Shown here piece by piece: positions 8,839 to 18,433 of a DNA stretch of 47,585 bases. Numbering within the stretch: position 1 is the first letter of the stretch; each line of letters begins with the position of its first letter. The DNA is taken from assembly GCA_002724355.1 (NCBI GenBank), contig PBOM01000057.1, positions 75,894 through 123,478 on the forward strand, read 5' to 3'. Under the pieces are notes generated by a model. That model worked only from the letters and a program-made list of their open reading frames with translations. It ran no database searches and had not been told where the DNA came from. Made by a program: the position numbers and the translations under genes. The DNA comes from Actinomycetota bacterium. GTDB lineage: Bacteria; Actinomycetota; Acidimicrobiia; Acidimicrobiales; Poriferisodalaceae.

Positions 8839-10197
8839 ATGAGTGCCCTGTCGCCACCTAGGCGGATGATTTTGAACGCATTCACTATGAACTGTGTGAG
8901 CCACATCCAACAAGGGATGTGGAGCAGAAATGACACTCGCCAAACCGAGTTCAATTCTTTGGAACCGTGGTTAGAGTTAGCCCGCATTGCCGAGAAGGGT
9001 TGTCTAGACACCATTTTTCTTGCTGATGTTATGGGTCTGTACGACAACTACGAGGACGGAGCCGATACGTCTTTTAGGGAAGCCATGCAGGTCCCCGTTA
9101 ACGACCCCATGCTTCTTATTCCGGCCATGGCTTCAGTCACTCGACATCTAGGGTTTGCGTTCACAAGTTCCGTCTTGCAAGCCCATCCGTTTACCTTTGC
9201 TCGCCAGTTGTCGACTTTGGACCACTTGACAGAAGGCCGAGTGGCATGGAATGTCGTTACCTCCTATCTACCGAACGCTGGCAGCAACCTCGGTTTTGAT
9301 GGTTTGCCGCCACACGATGAACGTTATGAGCGAGCCGAAGAATATTTAGAGGTCGTGTACAAGCTCCTTGAGGGAAGCTGGGCCGACGATGCCGTGGTCC
9401 ATGACCGAGATCGGCGCGTTTACGCAGAGCCCGACCGTGTTCGCGCGATCAATCATCGCGGCCCTTACTTCCAGGTGGCTGGGCCCCACCTTTCCTCACC
9501 GTCTCCTCAACGAACGCCGGTGCTTTTCCAGGCTGGTATGTCCGAACGAGGCCGGACGTTCGCGGCTCAGCACGCAGAATGCATTTTTGTTGTGGGGTCA
9601 TCTCGTAGCGCAGCAACCTTGGCACAGGATTTACATAAGCGAGCTCACCTTCAAGGGCGGTCAAACACCGACATGAGACTTATTGGAGGGGTAGCGCCCA
9701 TTGTCGGAGGAACAGAGAGTGAAGCTTTAGATAAGCAAGCTGATTATGAAGAAAGTCTTTCTATCGAGGCAGGATTGGCTCATATCAGCGGGAACCTCGG
9801 GGTTGATCTGGGCGGTATCGACCCAGATCAACCTCTAGAGAGCTTTCGAACCGAACGAGTTCAAGGATTCATCAAGAACCTGCTCGACTCAGCACCGGCT
9901 GGCACTAGGACTATGGGCGATTTGATCAAGTCAAATTTAGCTGGAGCCTGGCTTACGGGATCCGTTGAGCAAGTGGCAGACGAATTGGAGCGACGATTTC
10001 ACAGCGGCTTGGACGGGTTTAACCTCACCTATACGGTGACCCCAGGAACCTTTGTTGACTTCATAGAAGGGGTAGTGCCAATCCTCCAGGAAAGAGATTT
10101 AGTTCAACGCGAATACGCGTCAGGCACACTCCGAAAAAAACTATTCGGACAAGATCGTCTTCCCTCGAGCCACCCTGCGGCCGCTGTTCGCTTTTAA
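8839..10197 (+). CDS. LLM-class flavin-dependent monooxygenase, NtaA/SnaA/DszA (group C) family
   Basis: 452 aa. The N-terminal LNAFTMNCVSHIQQGMW block is characteristic of NtaA/DszA-type monooxygenases. The real start may be the ATG at 8866 (MILNAF...). Confidence 0.85.
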   Translation: MSALSPPRRMILNAFTMNCVSHIQQGMWSRNDTRQTEFNSLEPWLELARIAEKGCLDTIFLADVMGLYDNYEDGADTSFREAMQVPVNDPMLLIPAMASVTRHLGFAFTSSVLQAHPFTFARQLSTLDHLTEGRVAWNVVTSYLPNAGSNLGFDGLPPHDERYERAEEYLEVVYKLLEGSWADDAVVHDRDRRVYAEPDRVRAINHRGPYFQVAGPHLSSPSPQRTPVLFQAGMSERGRTFAAQHAECIFVVGSSRSAATLAQDLHKRAHLQGRSNTDMRLIGGVAPIVGGTESEALDKQADYEESLSIEAGLAHISGNLGVDLGGIDPDQPLESFRTERVQGFIKNLLDSAPAGTRTMGDLIKSNLAGAWLTGSVEQVADELERRFHSGLDGFNLTYTVTPGTFVDFIEGVVPILQERDLVQREYASGTLRKKLFGQDRLPSSHPAAAVRF

Positions 10198-10205
10198 CCC
10201 ATGGG

Positions 10206-11375
10206 TTAACTGAATCGCGCTTTTCCGCTCTGCCAAGCCAAAAAGGTTGCTATTAACGAGAGAAGAAGCAATGAGGCCCAGGCCGTTCCGTAGGACCCGG
10301 TGACATCAGCGACTAAGCCAGTCAAAAATCCACCAACGGTCAGACCAGTCATGAACCCCATTACAACACGACCGCTAGCGCGACCAGAAGCTTGTTGGGG
10401 TACACCGATGATCACATACAGCATTGCTACGGCGTTCCAGGCGTTTAGACCAACTGCGGAAATTACAGCCACAGGCCACATAATCCAAGATCCCACCGCC
10501 ACCGCTATGCACAGCATTGCCATGACTAAAGCTGTCAACGATGATTGAACAGCAAGCGCAACCGGCGGTCTTATTCGGTGCTCTGCTAGGTGGGCCCAAA
10601 TGATTCGCGTGCCAATAGCAATTCCCCCAGGAAGACCTGCCACTAGTCCGGCAGCTACGTTCGACATATTCAACGCGTTTTCTGCGAATAGGACTGTGTA
10701 GCGTCCAACTCCCCCTACTACACAGCCCATACACAGGGCGTACAGCGCGATTAGCGAAACTGACCTGGGAAGCTGCAAGGTTGAAGACTTTCCATCGATA
10801 GGAAAGCTTGATTGAGTTCGATCTCGGCTGTCAGGGAGGGCTACCGCTGTCAGAGCAGCCACCAAGATAGCCAGCACAGCGTATAGCCCTATCGCTACAC
10901 GCCAGTTAAGCCAGATACTCAAAGCTGGAAGCGTGAACCCACCTAATAAGATGCCGAGCTGCACGCCCGATTGCTTGATGCCCGTCATTTTCCCTCGATG
11001 ACCTGGTGCAGCCCTTTCTGCTACGAGCTTGTTCGTTGCCGGGTTGCAAGCTCCCTGCCCGTAGCTGGAGACAAAGAGGCCAAATATCAATACGGAGGCA
11101 GATGGAGCGCAGGCCAAGATGAGTAGGCCGATACCCGAAGACAGTAAGACCAGAACGCATGACCACTTGCCTCCGTGTCGATCGCTCAGCCGGCCAGATA
11201 TAGGCGCGAATACTGCACCGAACGCGGTGTTAACAGCTACTCCTGCACCGAACAGCGTCAGTGACATCGTGAGGTCTTCTGCTAAGGCATTGGCTACTAC
11301 TGCTGTACCCACAATTGGAAAGGCACCGAGTGCCATGGTCAACACCAAGACGGTTATCAGCAACGCTGTGTTCAT
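10206..11375 (-). CDS. MFS transporter
   Basis: About 12 TM segments and an ISGRLSDRHGGK motif-A loop. The start is moved to M25 (MNTALLITV...) because the full ORF (to 11447) would overlap the divergent gene's start. Confidence 0.8.
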   Translation of the reverse strand: MNTALLITVLVLTMALGAFPIVGTAVVANALAEDLTMSLTLFGAGVAVNTAFGAVFAPISGRLSDRHGGKWSCVLVLLSSGIGLLILACAPSASVLIFGLFVSSYGQGACNPATNKLVAERAAPGHRGKMTGIKQSGVQLGILLGGFTLPALSIWLNWRVAIGLYAVLAILVAALTAVALPDSRDRTQSSFPIDGKSSTLQLPRSVSLIALYALCMGCVVGGVGRYTVLFAENALNMSNVAAGLVAGLPGGIAIGTRIIWAHLAEHRIRPPVALAVQSSLTALVMAMLCIAVAVGSWIMWPVAVISAVGLNAWNAVAMLYVIIGVPQQASGRASGRVVMGFMTGLTVGGFLTGLVADVTGSYGTAWASLLLLSLIATFLAWQSGKARFS

Positions 11376-11439
11376 GGGTCCCGACGAATTAGTTGGATCA
11401 TCAGACAACAGCACGGCTAGCACCCTACGCTGATCGACT

Positions 11440-12444
11440 ATGTCCAAGCGTCAAGTTCTCATTCCTATTTCTGCTTACGAAAGAATCCGTTCTCGACTCG
11501 ATAATTCCCAGCACGACTTTGAGATTCTCTGCTGGTCTGCCAACGAGGTCACTCATCCCGATGGGTCGATAGTAGCTAGGTCAGATTTCAGACCTGAGAT
11601 CGGGTGGATACCGATTGATCTACTGTTCGCTGGCATATCTGAAGGAATGAGCGTTCCCGACTTTTTGCTATTCGCTGATGCTCTGGTTGAGTGCGGGACC
11701 GTTGAGTGGGTCCAGTCTTGTCTAGCTGGAGCGGATGCTCCACCCCTGCAGAAGATTCTCTCCGCGGGAATTCGTCTCAGCAACAGCGACTCCCCCAACG
11801 CTGGGGTTGCCGAGTACACAATGGCCGCGATTATGAATGTTGTTCATGGCTGGGGCGAACGTGCTGACGATCAAAGAAGTGCTCGGTGGAATCAAAAGAG
11901 TTGGACCGAGATCAATGGCGGAACATGGTTGATTGTGGGTTTCGGTTCCATAGGAGGGGAAATAGCAAAAAGAGCACGGCCGTTTGGCGTTCATATTGTT
12001 GGGGCCCGACGAACCGCGACCGATGACGGCCGGGCGGATCGTATGGTCACCATGGATGAACTCCCGAGCGTTTTACCTTCAGCGGACGTGGTAGTCGTTG
12101 CGTGCCCGCTAACTGACCAAACACGCGGCTTGGTTGACAAACTGTTCTTAGACCAAATGCGCAACGGGTCCATTCTTGTAAATGTGTCGAGGGGGCCGGT
12201 AGTCGACACTGGTGATCTTCTTGAAGTACTTGATGCAGGAAGGTCGATAAGAGCAATCCTTGACGTGTTCGATATCGAGCCGTTGGAACCGACTAGTCCT
12301 CTTTGGAATCACGAAGCTGTCACGTTGACTTCTCACATAGCTGGAGCCGGATCTGGTATTACAAAGCGAGGTGATGACGTCTTTATTGAACAATTAGACG
12401 CTTACCTTGCCGGACGTGAACTGCGATTGGAGCTCAAGCCATGA
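11440..12444 (+). CDS. D-isomer-specific 2-hydroxyacid dehydrogenase family, NAD(P)-binding
   Basis: GFGSIGGEIAKRA Rossmann motif, VNVSRGPVVD (catalytic Arg) and TSHIAG (catalytic His). Confidence 0.85.
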   Translation: MSKRQVLIPISAYERIRSRLDNSQHDFEILCWSANEVTHPDGSIVARSDFRPEIGWIPIDLLFAGISEGMSVPDFLLFADALVECGTVEWVQSCLAGADAPPLQKILSAGIRLSNSDSPNAGVAEYTMAAIMNVVHGWGERADDQRSARWNQKSWTEINGGTWLIVGFGSIGGEIAKRARPFGVHIVGARRTATDDGRADRMVTMDELPSVLPSADVVVVACPLTDQTRGLVDKLFLDQMRNGSILVNVSRGPVVDTGDLLEVLDAGRSIRAILDVFDIEPLEPTSPLWNHEAVTLTSHIAGAGSGITKRGDDVFIEQLDAYLAGRELRLELKP

Positions 12445-13514
12445 AGTCAGAAACGATGCTGCCGCTCGGCAAAGTTGATCCAGGTTTACGAGAACCTGAT
12501 ACGCCACTCGATGTTCGAACTATCGCAGAGGGAGCGGAGCAAATTGAGTTCTTGGGATACGACGGCATCGCTGTCGAAGAATGCAAAGACGACCCGTATC
12601 AGCAATTGACTCTTGCTTCGGTCAATACCAATGAACTCGAACTGGCGACCTCCATCGCGATGGCATTTCCGCGATCACCAACGATCACTGCTATGTCTGC
12701 GTGGACCCTGCAGAAGGTGTCATCTGGCCGACTAATTCTGGGGCTCGGCTCGCAAGTGCGCGGGCATATAAAGCGTCGGTATGGAATGGAATGGACCGCG
12801 CCTGCTCCGCGGATGCGCGACTACATCTTGGCGATGAAGGCTGTGTGGCGTTGTTGGCAGGATCGCGAACCTCTGAATCACGATGGCGACCACTACAAAC
12901 TGGACCTGATGGTGCCGCTTTTTGATCCTGGACCAATCGACCATCCAGACATACCGATACATATTTCCGCTATCAACACGAATATGTGCGGGGTTGTGGG
13001 CGAGGTGGCTGATGGAATCCGGCTACACCCGGTTTGCTCGCCGAAATTCATTGCTGAAGTGATGGTTCCGGCGGTGGAGAGGGGTGCTGATAGGAGTCGA
13101 CGTAACGCTGACGATATTGACTGGTGTATGAAACCTTTGATTGCGACGGCGCCTGATGAAGCCAGCCTTCATCAGGTAGCTGAAAGCGTTCGAGCCAGAG
13201 TCGGCTTTTATCTCGCTACGCCCGCCTACAAAGCAGCGTTTGAGGTTCATGGCTGGGGTGATCAAGTGGATCAGGCAGCTTCATTTTCTAGGGAACAGCG
13301 CTGGGATGAGATTCCTGCGTTGGTGAGCGACGAAATGTTTCACACAATCGCGACTGTTGGCACGTACGACAGAATTGCTTCATTGTTGAACGAACGATTC
13401 GGGAGTCTGATAGACCGAATTGAATTCAGCATTCCGGTCAACAACTCCGACGATGCAGATTTGTTGACCTCGATGCTTAAGGAACTACGCGAGAGCGACA
13501 GCTTGAGACCTTGA
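12441..13514 (+). CDS. LLM-class (luciferase-like) oxidoreductase, probably F420-dependent
   Basis: 357 aa with luciferase-like TIM-barrel sequence character (LILGLGSQVRGHIKRRYG). ATGA start/stop overlap with the upstream dehydrogenase. Cofactor assignment is by family resemblance only. Confidence 0.7.
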   Translation: MKSETMLPLGKVDPGLREPDTPLDVRTIAEGAEQIEFLGYDGIAVEECKDDPYQQLTLASVNTNELELATSIAMAFPRSPTITAMSAWTLQKVSSGRLILGLGSQVRGHIKRRYGMEWTAPAPRMRDYILAMKAVWRCWQDREPLNHDGDHYKLDLMVPLFDPGPIDHPDIPIHISAINTNMCGVVGEVADGIRLHPVCSPKFIAEVMVPAVERGADRSRRNADDIDWCMKPLIATAPDEASLHQVAESVRARVGFYLATPAYKAAFEVHGWGDQVDQAASFSREQRWDEIPALVSDEMFHTIATVGTYDRIASLLNERFGSLIDRIEFSIPVNNSDDADLLTSMLKELRESDSLRP

Positions 13515-13552
13515 ACGAAACGTGACGATGTAGTTTTCGCGGCCTAACAGGG

Positions 13553-14860
13553 TCATCCCGCTTCAGAATGAGTTACGGCTTCTTCGCCCATCCATTCCCG
13601 AAGCGTGTTCTTTAGTTTGGTTTGTTGTATGAAGATGTCATGTTCGGGACCTGAGGCGTTGGCTGACTGCGGGGCCTTCAGATAGAACGACAACCACTCC
13701 TGCACTCCAGATTCACCAGCTCGTTGGGCCAAATCGAGGAACAGTGCCAGGTCTAGGACGATGGGTGCAGCCAATATGGAGTCTCGACAGAGGAAATCAA
13801 TTTTGATCTGCATTGGGTAACCAAGCCATCCAAAGATGTCGATGTTGTCCCAGCCTTCTTTATTGTCTCCCCGGGGCGGGTAGTAATTTATTCGGACTAC
13901 ATGGTCGATGTTGCCGTACAAGTCCGGATAAACCGACGGCTGCAATATGGTGTCCAAGACTCCTAGTTTCGATACTTCTTTGGTTTTGAAGTTTTCTGGA
14001 TCGTCTAATACTTCTCCGTCTCGATTGCCAAGAATGTTGGTGCTGTACCACCCTCTGAGGCCCAACATCCTCGCCTTTAAGCCTGGCGCTACAAGTGTTT
14101 TCATGAGAGTTTGCCCGGTCTTGAAATCTTTCCCGGCGATAGGAACGCCGCGGCGTTCCGCTAGCTCAATCATGCACGGCAAGTCGACACTGAGGTTGGG
14201 TGCTCCGTTGGCAAATGGAACGTCGCTCATTAGAGCTGCATATGCGTAGATTTGGCTGGGAGAAATATTCTCATCGTTTGCGGCCAGCGCATCTTCGAAA
14301 GCTTCGAGAGTGTCGTGGATTGAAGTTGCCTCTTGATAGGCCTCGGTGGAGCCGCACCAGACCATGACAAGTCGGTCGCAATCATTGTCGATTCGAAAAC
14401 GTTCGATGTCGGCCATCAGAGCTTGTGCTTGATCTAATTTTGAATCCAGTGCTTTGACCCGATTCCCGTCGAGCTTCTTGACCCATCTTTGGTCAAACAC
14501 GGCGTCCATCGCGACAATGCCTTCCAACTCAGCGGAAATAGCTGCAAGATCTCGGTCTTCTAAGACTCCTGCAGCCTGGGCTCCTTCTAGGGCGTTGGGG
14601 GTAATTGGGTCCCATCCACCAAACACAAGGTCATCTAGACCCGCTAGAGGAACAAAATCTTTAATCAAGGGGTTGCGCTCATCGTCTTTTTTGCCGAGTC
14701 GAATGTGCGCCATTTGTGACACTGAACCAATGGGGGCAGCTAGCCCTTGTCGTGCTGCGAGAACTCCAGCGATAAAGGTGGTCGCTACGGCGCCCATTCC
14801 GGGCGTAAGCACTCCTAGCTTTCCGGTGGCTGGTGCGATGTTGATTGTGGTCATACTCAA
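13553..14860 (-). CDS. inositol-3-phosphate synthase (myo-inositol-1-phosphate synthase), long bacterial form
   Basis: 435 aa. N-terminal GKLGVLTPGMGAVATTFIAGV...PIGSVSQMAHIRLGKK...IKDFVPLAGLDDLVFGGWD matches the long MIPS family. The track start is TTG 14860, and ATG 14854 (MTTINIAP...) is equally possible. Confidence 0.75.
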   Translation of the reverse strand: MSMTTINIAPATGKLGVLTPGMGAVATTFIAGVLAARQGLAAPIGSVSQMAHIRLGKKDDERNPLIKDFVPLAGLDDLVFGGWDPITPNALEGAQAAGVLEDRDLAAISAELEGIVAMDAVFDQRWVKKLDGNRVKALDSKLDQAQALMADIERFRIDNDCDRLVMVWCGSTEAYQEATSIHDTLEAFEDALAANDENISPSQIYAYAALMSDVPFANGAPNLSVDLPCMIELAERRGVPIAGKDFKTGQTLMKTLVAPGLKARMLGLRGWYSTNILGNRDGEVLDDPENFKTKEVSKLGVLDTILQPSVYPDLYGNIDHVVRINYYPPRGDNKEGWDNIDIFGWLGYPMQIKIDFLCRDSILAAPIVLDLALFLDLAQRAGESGVQEWLSFYLKAPQSANASGPEHDIFIQQTKLKNTLREWMGEEAVTHSEAG

Positions 14861-14933
14861 ATCATAAGTATTTATATACTTTTATGTTCTTATATTAAGA
14901 TATTCTTATCTTTATATTGATGATGGTGATCTA
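14861..14933. promoter_or_regulatory. AT-rich divergent control region between the ino1-like gene and the LysR regulator, with repeated TTATAT / TTCTTAT boxes
   Basis: 73 nt at very low GC within an otherwise moderate-GC window. TTATAT occurs 3 times (14872, 14890, 14912), TTCTTAT twice (14887, 14903), and there is an inverted repeat TCTTA-TAT-TAAGA (14888..14900). This layout is typical of LysR autoregulated divergent promoters. Confidence 0.4.
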
Positions 14934-15848
14934 ATGGCTCCAACCCGTATCGGCCTCCCCGACATCTCGATGACCCAGATGGAATATTTAGTTGCGGTTC
15001 AAGAAACTTCGACTTGGGCTAACGCAGCTCAAGCATTAGGAGTTAGCCAATCGGCATTGTCTCAGGGGCTAGCTGAGCTTCAGCGTCGGCTGGGTATCGA
15101 ACTCTTCACTTGGGACGGTCGCAGACGATCGCCTACCTCCGCTGCAACAGAAGTTACCGAACACTTTCGCCGGATATTGGCACTCACGAGTGACCTGTCT
15201 AGATGGACCGATCTAGTTCGCGCCGGGTCTGCCGGAAAATTGAGAGTCGGGATGATCGACGCAGCCGCTGTGGATCATTTCGGTGATGCGTTGAAAGAAT
15301 TTCGTGAAAACTCCCCTGAATTGGATTTGCACATAACTGTGGGCCCCTCAGGGCAACTACTTGAAGATCTCGCTAAAGGAGATCTCGATGTCTCAGTATG
15401 TGTGGGAGCTGACCGGACCGGCTTCGCCCAAGTGTCTCTCTTGGAAGAGGATCTGTACATCTACGCCCCACCTGAAACAAAAGCTTGTGCATCGGAGAAT
15501 TGGGGGCCTTGGGTCACGTTCCCAAGAGGTTCCGTAACCAGAGATCTTATTGAGAATGCACTTCGTTCCGCTGGCGCCCCGTTCAGCGTCGTCGCGGAGT
15601 CAAACCAGCCCGAAGTGCTCAGTGAATTGGTACACATTGGAATGGGATGGACAGTCCTCCCTCGCATGCAAGCTGAGCGTCCTCCCGCTTCTCTAATCCC
15701 AATCCATAAGACTCCGCTCCTAAAACGAACACTCTCCGCAACAACTCGTGAAACTGGCCTGACCAACCCAGCAGCATCGGATCTCATAGCCAAGCTGCAG
15801 CAAGAAGCTAAAAACTTGACTCTAAAGCAACGGAAGTCGGGCCCGTAA
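14934..15848 (+). CDS. LysR-family transcriptional regulator
   Basis: N-terminal wHTH (MEYLVAVQETSTWANAAQALGVSQSALSQGLAELQRRLGIELF) plus a C-terminal substrate-binding domain. The start could be ATG 14970 (MTQMEYL...). Confidence 0.9.
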   Translation: MAPTRIGLPDISMTQMEYLVAVQETSTWANAAQALGVSQSALSQGLAELQRRLGIELFTWDGRRRSPTSAATEVTEHFRRILALTSDLSRWTDLVRAGSAGKLRVGMIDAAAVDHFGDALKEFRENSPELDLHITVGPSGQLLEDLAKGDLDVSVCVGADRTGFAQVSLLEEDLYIYAPPETKACASENWGPWVTFPRGSVTRDLIENALRSAGAPFSVVAESNQPEVLSELVHIGMGWTVLPRMQAERPPASLIPIHKTPLLKRTLSATTRETGLTNPAASDLIAKLQQEAKNLTLKQRKSGP

Positions 15849-15862
15849 GCCGCGTCTGCGGG

Positions 15863-16747
15863 TCACCTACTTGTTGAGTTCCTTAAGTGACTATGTATCG
15901 CGTCAATCACGACAGGCCACAAAGGCTCAGGCATGTCATGGCCCATATCGCTCATAAGTAGATAGTTCGCTCCAGGAATAACGTCGGCCGTCCGCTCTCC
16001 GAGCTCCGGTAACAGCAGGCGATCGTCGCGTCCGTGGATCACCAACGTCGGTACCTTCATCTCTGCCAAGGCCGGTTCCCGGTCGCCACTAGCCAACATT
16101 GCTGCTATCTGTCGCCCAGAGCCATCCGGGTAGTTGCAACGGTCATACGAAATTGCGGCATGCTCTTTGGCAAGTTCAGGGTCAAAGTATTTCTTACTAG
16201 ACCAAATTGAATACTCCGTAGCGTAGGCAATGTGCCCAGCTCTATCTGTAGGTGTTGGAGCCAACAACAGCGCAAGCGACTCGTCGGGGATACCAATCAC
16301 TTCTCGGGTACCCGTAGCGGACATGATTGACGTGAGGGAAAGCACTCGATCGGGCCGATCAATAGCCATGGTTTGCGCAATCATGCCCCCTAGAGATGCC
16401 CCCACAATGTGAGCCGCTTCGATGCCAAGCTCGTCTAAAACACCGAAAGCATCGTTAGCCATGTCAGATAGGTCATAAGGGGTGCCGGAAACCTCTTTCC
16501 CATCAAGCGCTGCCGCAACTAAGGAAAGAAAGTCAACTTCAACCCCATCTAATTTGGTTGAGAGCCCAGCATCGCGGTTATCGAACCTAATGATTCGGAA
16601 ACCACCATCGGCGAGCCTCTGACAAAAGTCCTCATGCCAATGAATGAGCTGAGCCCCCAAGCCCATCACCAAAAGGATCGCCGGATCATCTTGCGCCCCA
16701 ATAGTTTCGTACTCCAGCTCTATCTCCCCAACGATGGCGCGAGGCAT
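15863..16747 (-). CDS. alpha/beta-fold hydrolase
   Basis: Nucleophile elbow GASLGG, HGRDD (acid) and C-terminal GHDMP (His). TAATG stop/start overlap with the upstream P450. Confidence 0.85.
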   Translation of the reverse strand: MPRAIVGEIELEYETIGAQDDPAILLVMGLGAQLIHWHEDFCQRLADGGFRIIRFDNRDAGLSTKLDGVEVDFLSLVAAALDGKEVSGTPYDLSDMANDAFGVLDELGIEAAHIVGASLGGMIAQTMAIDRPDRVLSLTSIMSATGTREVIGIPDESLALLLAPTPTDRAGHIAYATEYSIWSSKKYFDPELAKEHAAISYDRCNYPDGSGRQIAAMLASGDREPALAEMKVPTLVIHGRDDRLLLPELGERTADVIPGANYLLMSDMGHDMPEPLWPVVIDAIHSHLRNSTSR

Positions 16748-18012
16748 TAATGACCACCTACCGGGGTAAATCGCGCCTGGAGGTGTTTCACCCCATGGAT
16801 AAATGATGATTGAAGTGGATCGGGCTCACCAACAGCATGAATATCCGGCAATCTGCGGAAAAGCTCTCGGAACATAACCGTAATTTCTCGCCGCGCGAGG
16901 TGAGCCCCCAAACAAAAGTGCGGGCCGGGTCCCCCGAATCCGCACTGAGAGTTGGGGGCGCGTTCGATGTTAAATCTGTAGGGATCTTCAAAGACAGCGG
17001 GGTCGCGGTTGGCGGCAAGGTAAAACATTGCGACCTTGTCACCCGCCGAGAGTTCTTGCTCCCCCAACACCGTGTCTTGAGTCACCGTACGACGCATATA
17101 TGTAACCGGACTCGCCAACCTGACTATTTCCTCAACCGCTGTCGGAGCGAGAGTTTCGAAATCACTCGCCCACATGGCTTTCTGCTCCGGGTTGTCAGTC
17201 AGGTACTTCAACCCCCAAGAGATTGCGTTTCGAGTTGTTTCATTACCTGCAACAACGAGCAAAACAAAGAAACTCGCCAAATCAGCTTGATCTAAGTGGT
17301 CCCCATCAAGTTCTGCATTGACAAGCACGCTGGTCAAATCGGTGCCGTCCCCTCCCCTTTTCGCTTCGGCTACTTCAGTCATTAATTCAGCAAGTTCAGC
17401 TCCGGCGTTGAGGAGTGCCGTAATAAAGTCCACTCCTTCGGGAGCAAACTCAGGGTCACCAACCCCCAAGATGATGTTCGTGTTTTTGAACACCATGTCG
17501 TATTCCGAGTCAGGTACTCCCATTAAGTCGCACACAATTTTGAGTGGCAAAGCAGCTGCGACGTCCGTGACGAAATCACATTCACCTCGTTCGGAGATTT
17601 CGTCAACGATGTTCCCTGCAACCGTTTGTACCGATCCCTCTAGAGCGCCGAGCATCTTGGGTGTGAAGCCTTTGGAGACAATCCGGCGCAGCCGAGCGTG
17701 TCGGGGATCATCCATCGCAATCATCGAACTGAAAAACTCCAAAAACTCTGGCGGTAAATCAGTAATAGTGATTCCATGAGCGGAGCTAAAAATCTCGGCG
17801 TTCCGAGAGACTGCGGCTATATCCTCATGGCGCGTAACACACCAATAGCCCGGTCCTGGTTGCAAATATGGATTATCAGGAAGAGGCTCTTCAAACCAGT
17901 CAAGGGGTGCTTCAGCATGCAACCGAGCGATACCCGCGTCGCAGTCTTCAGCAGATTGCAACCAATACAACGGCTCCATCAGGTTGGGGTGGGTCGTATT
18001 CCAATTCCGCAT
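16747..18012 (-). CDS. cytochrome P450
   Basis: Heme-thiolate loop FGGPGPHFCLGAHLAR, I-helix AGNETT and K-helix EEIVR (ExxR). Confidence 0.93.
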   Translation of the reverse strand: MRNWNTTHPNLMEPLYWLQSAEDCDAGIARLHAEAPLDWFEEPLPDNPYLQPGPGYWCVTRHEDIAAVSRNAEIFSSAHGITITDLPPEFLEFFSSMIAMDDPRHARLRRIVSKGFTPKMLGALEGSVQTVAGNIVDEISERGECDFVTDVAAALPLKIVCDLMGVPDSEYDMVFKNTNIILGVGDPEFAPEGVDFITALLNAGAELAELMTEVAEAKRGGDGTDLTSVLVNAELDGDHLDQADLASFFVLLVVAGNETTRNAISWGLKYLTDNPEQKAMWASDFETLAPTAVEEIVRLASPVTYMRRTVTQDTVLGEQELSAGDKVAMFYLAANRDPAVFEDPYRFNIERAPNSQCGFGGPGPHFCLGAHLARREITVMFRELFRRLPDIHAVGEPDPLQSSFIHGVKHLQARFTPVGGH

Positions 18013-18052
18013 GCAGTGACGCTAACACCCGCAATTCTGAAAGCATGAAACC

Positions 18053-18433
18053 GTGACCGTATCTAACCTAAGTCCTGCCGAAATTGTCGACCGATACACA
18101 GAAAAGATCTACCACCAACGCGATCTGAGCGCCTTGGAGGCTTTAGTCGCTGACCCCATGATCCGGCACGAGCCTGACGGCACCCGAATAGCGATGACTC
18201 TTGCGGAAGCCACTCATCGCATTGCGTCATTTCATCAACAGTTCCGATCGATGCGATTCACGAATAGGAAACTCATTGAGGACGACCAATCAGTTGCATC
18301 GGCCTACGAGGCAGACTTAGTTGATGAGAACGGCGAAGTCTCTACTATCTGCGGGATAGAAATTTTTACTGTTCGGGAGGGGCGAATCATAGAAGTCTGG
18401 AACGCTCCTGCAGGCAATGGGTCTTGGGGATGA
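18053..18433 (+). CDS. SnoaL-like / NTF2-fold protein
   Basis: 126 aa with the sequence character of a small alpha+beta barrel (YTEKIYHQRDLSALEALVADPMIRHEP...IFTVREGRIIEVW). GTG start. Confidence 0.6.
   Translation: MTVSNLSPAEIVDRYTEKIYHQRDLSALEALVADPMIRHEPDGTRIAMTLAEATHRIASFHQQFRSMRFTNRKLIEDDQSVASAYEADLVDENGEVSTICGIEIFTVREGRIIEVWNAPAGNGSWG

Noticed and set aside
8782-8943. 54-codon N-terminal extension of the PhyH ORF, and likewise 11376..11447 for the second MFS
   Set aside because: These extensions overlap the starts of divergently transcribed genes and encode basic, low-complexity sequence. Internal ATGs give family-typical N-termini.
11341-12420. Apparent 1-nt coordinate offset between my reading of the printed sequence and the ORF track (seeming extra C at 11341 and missing A at 12420/12421)
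   Set aside because: The track shows intact MFS and dehydrogenase ORFs across both points, and the offsets cancel. I treated this as a reading artefact, not a frameshift, and used track coordinates in this interval.
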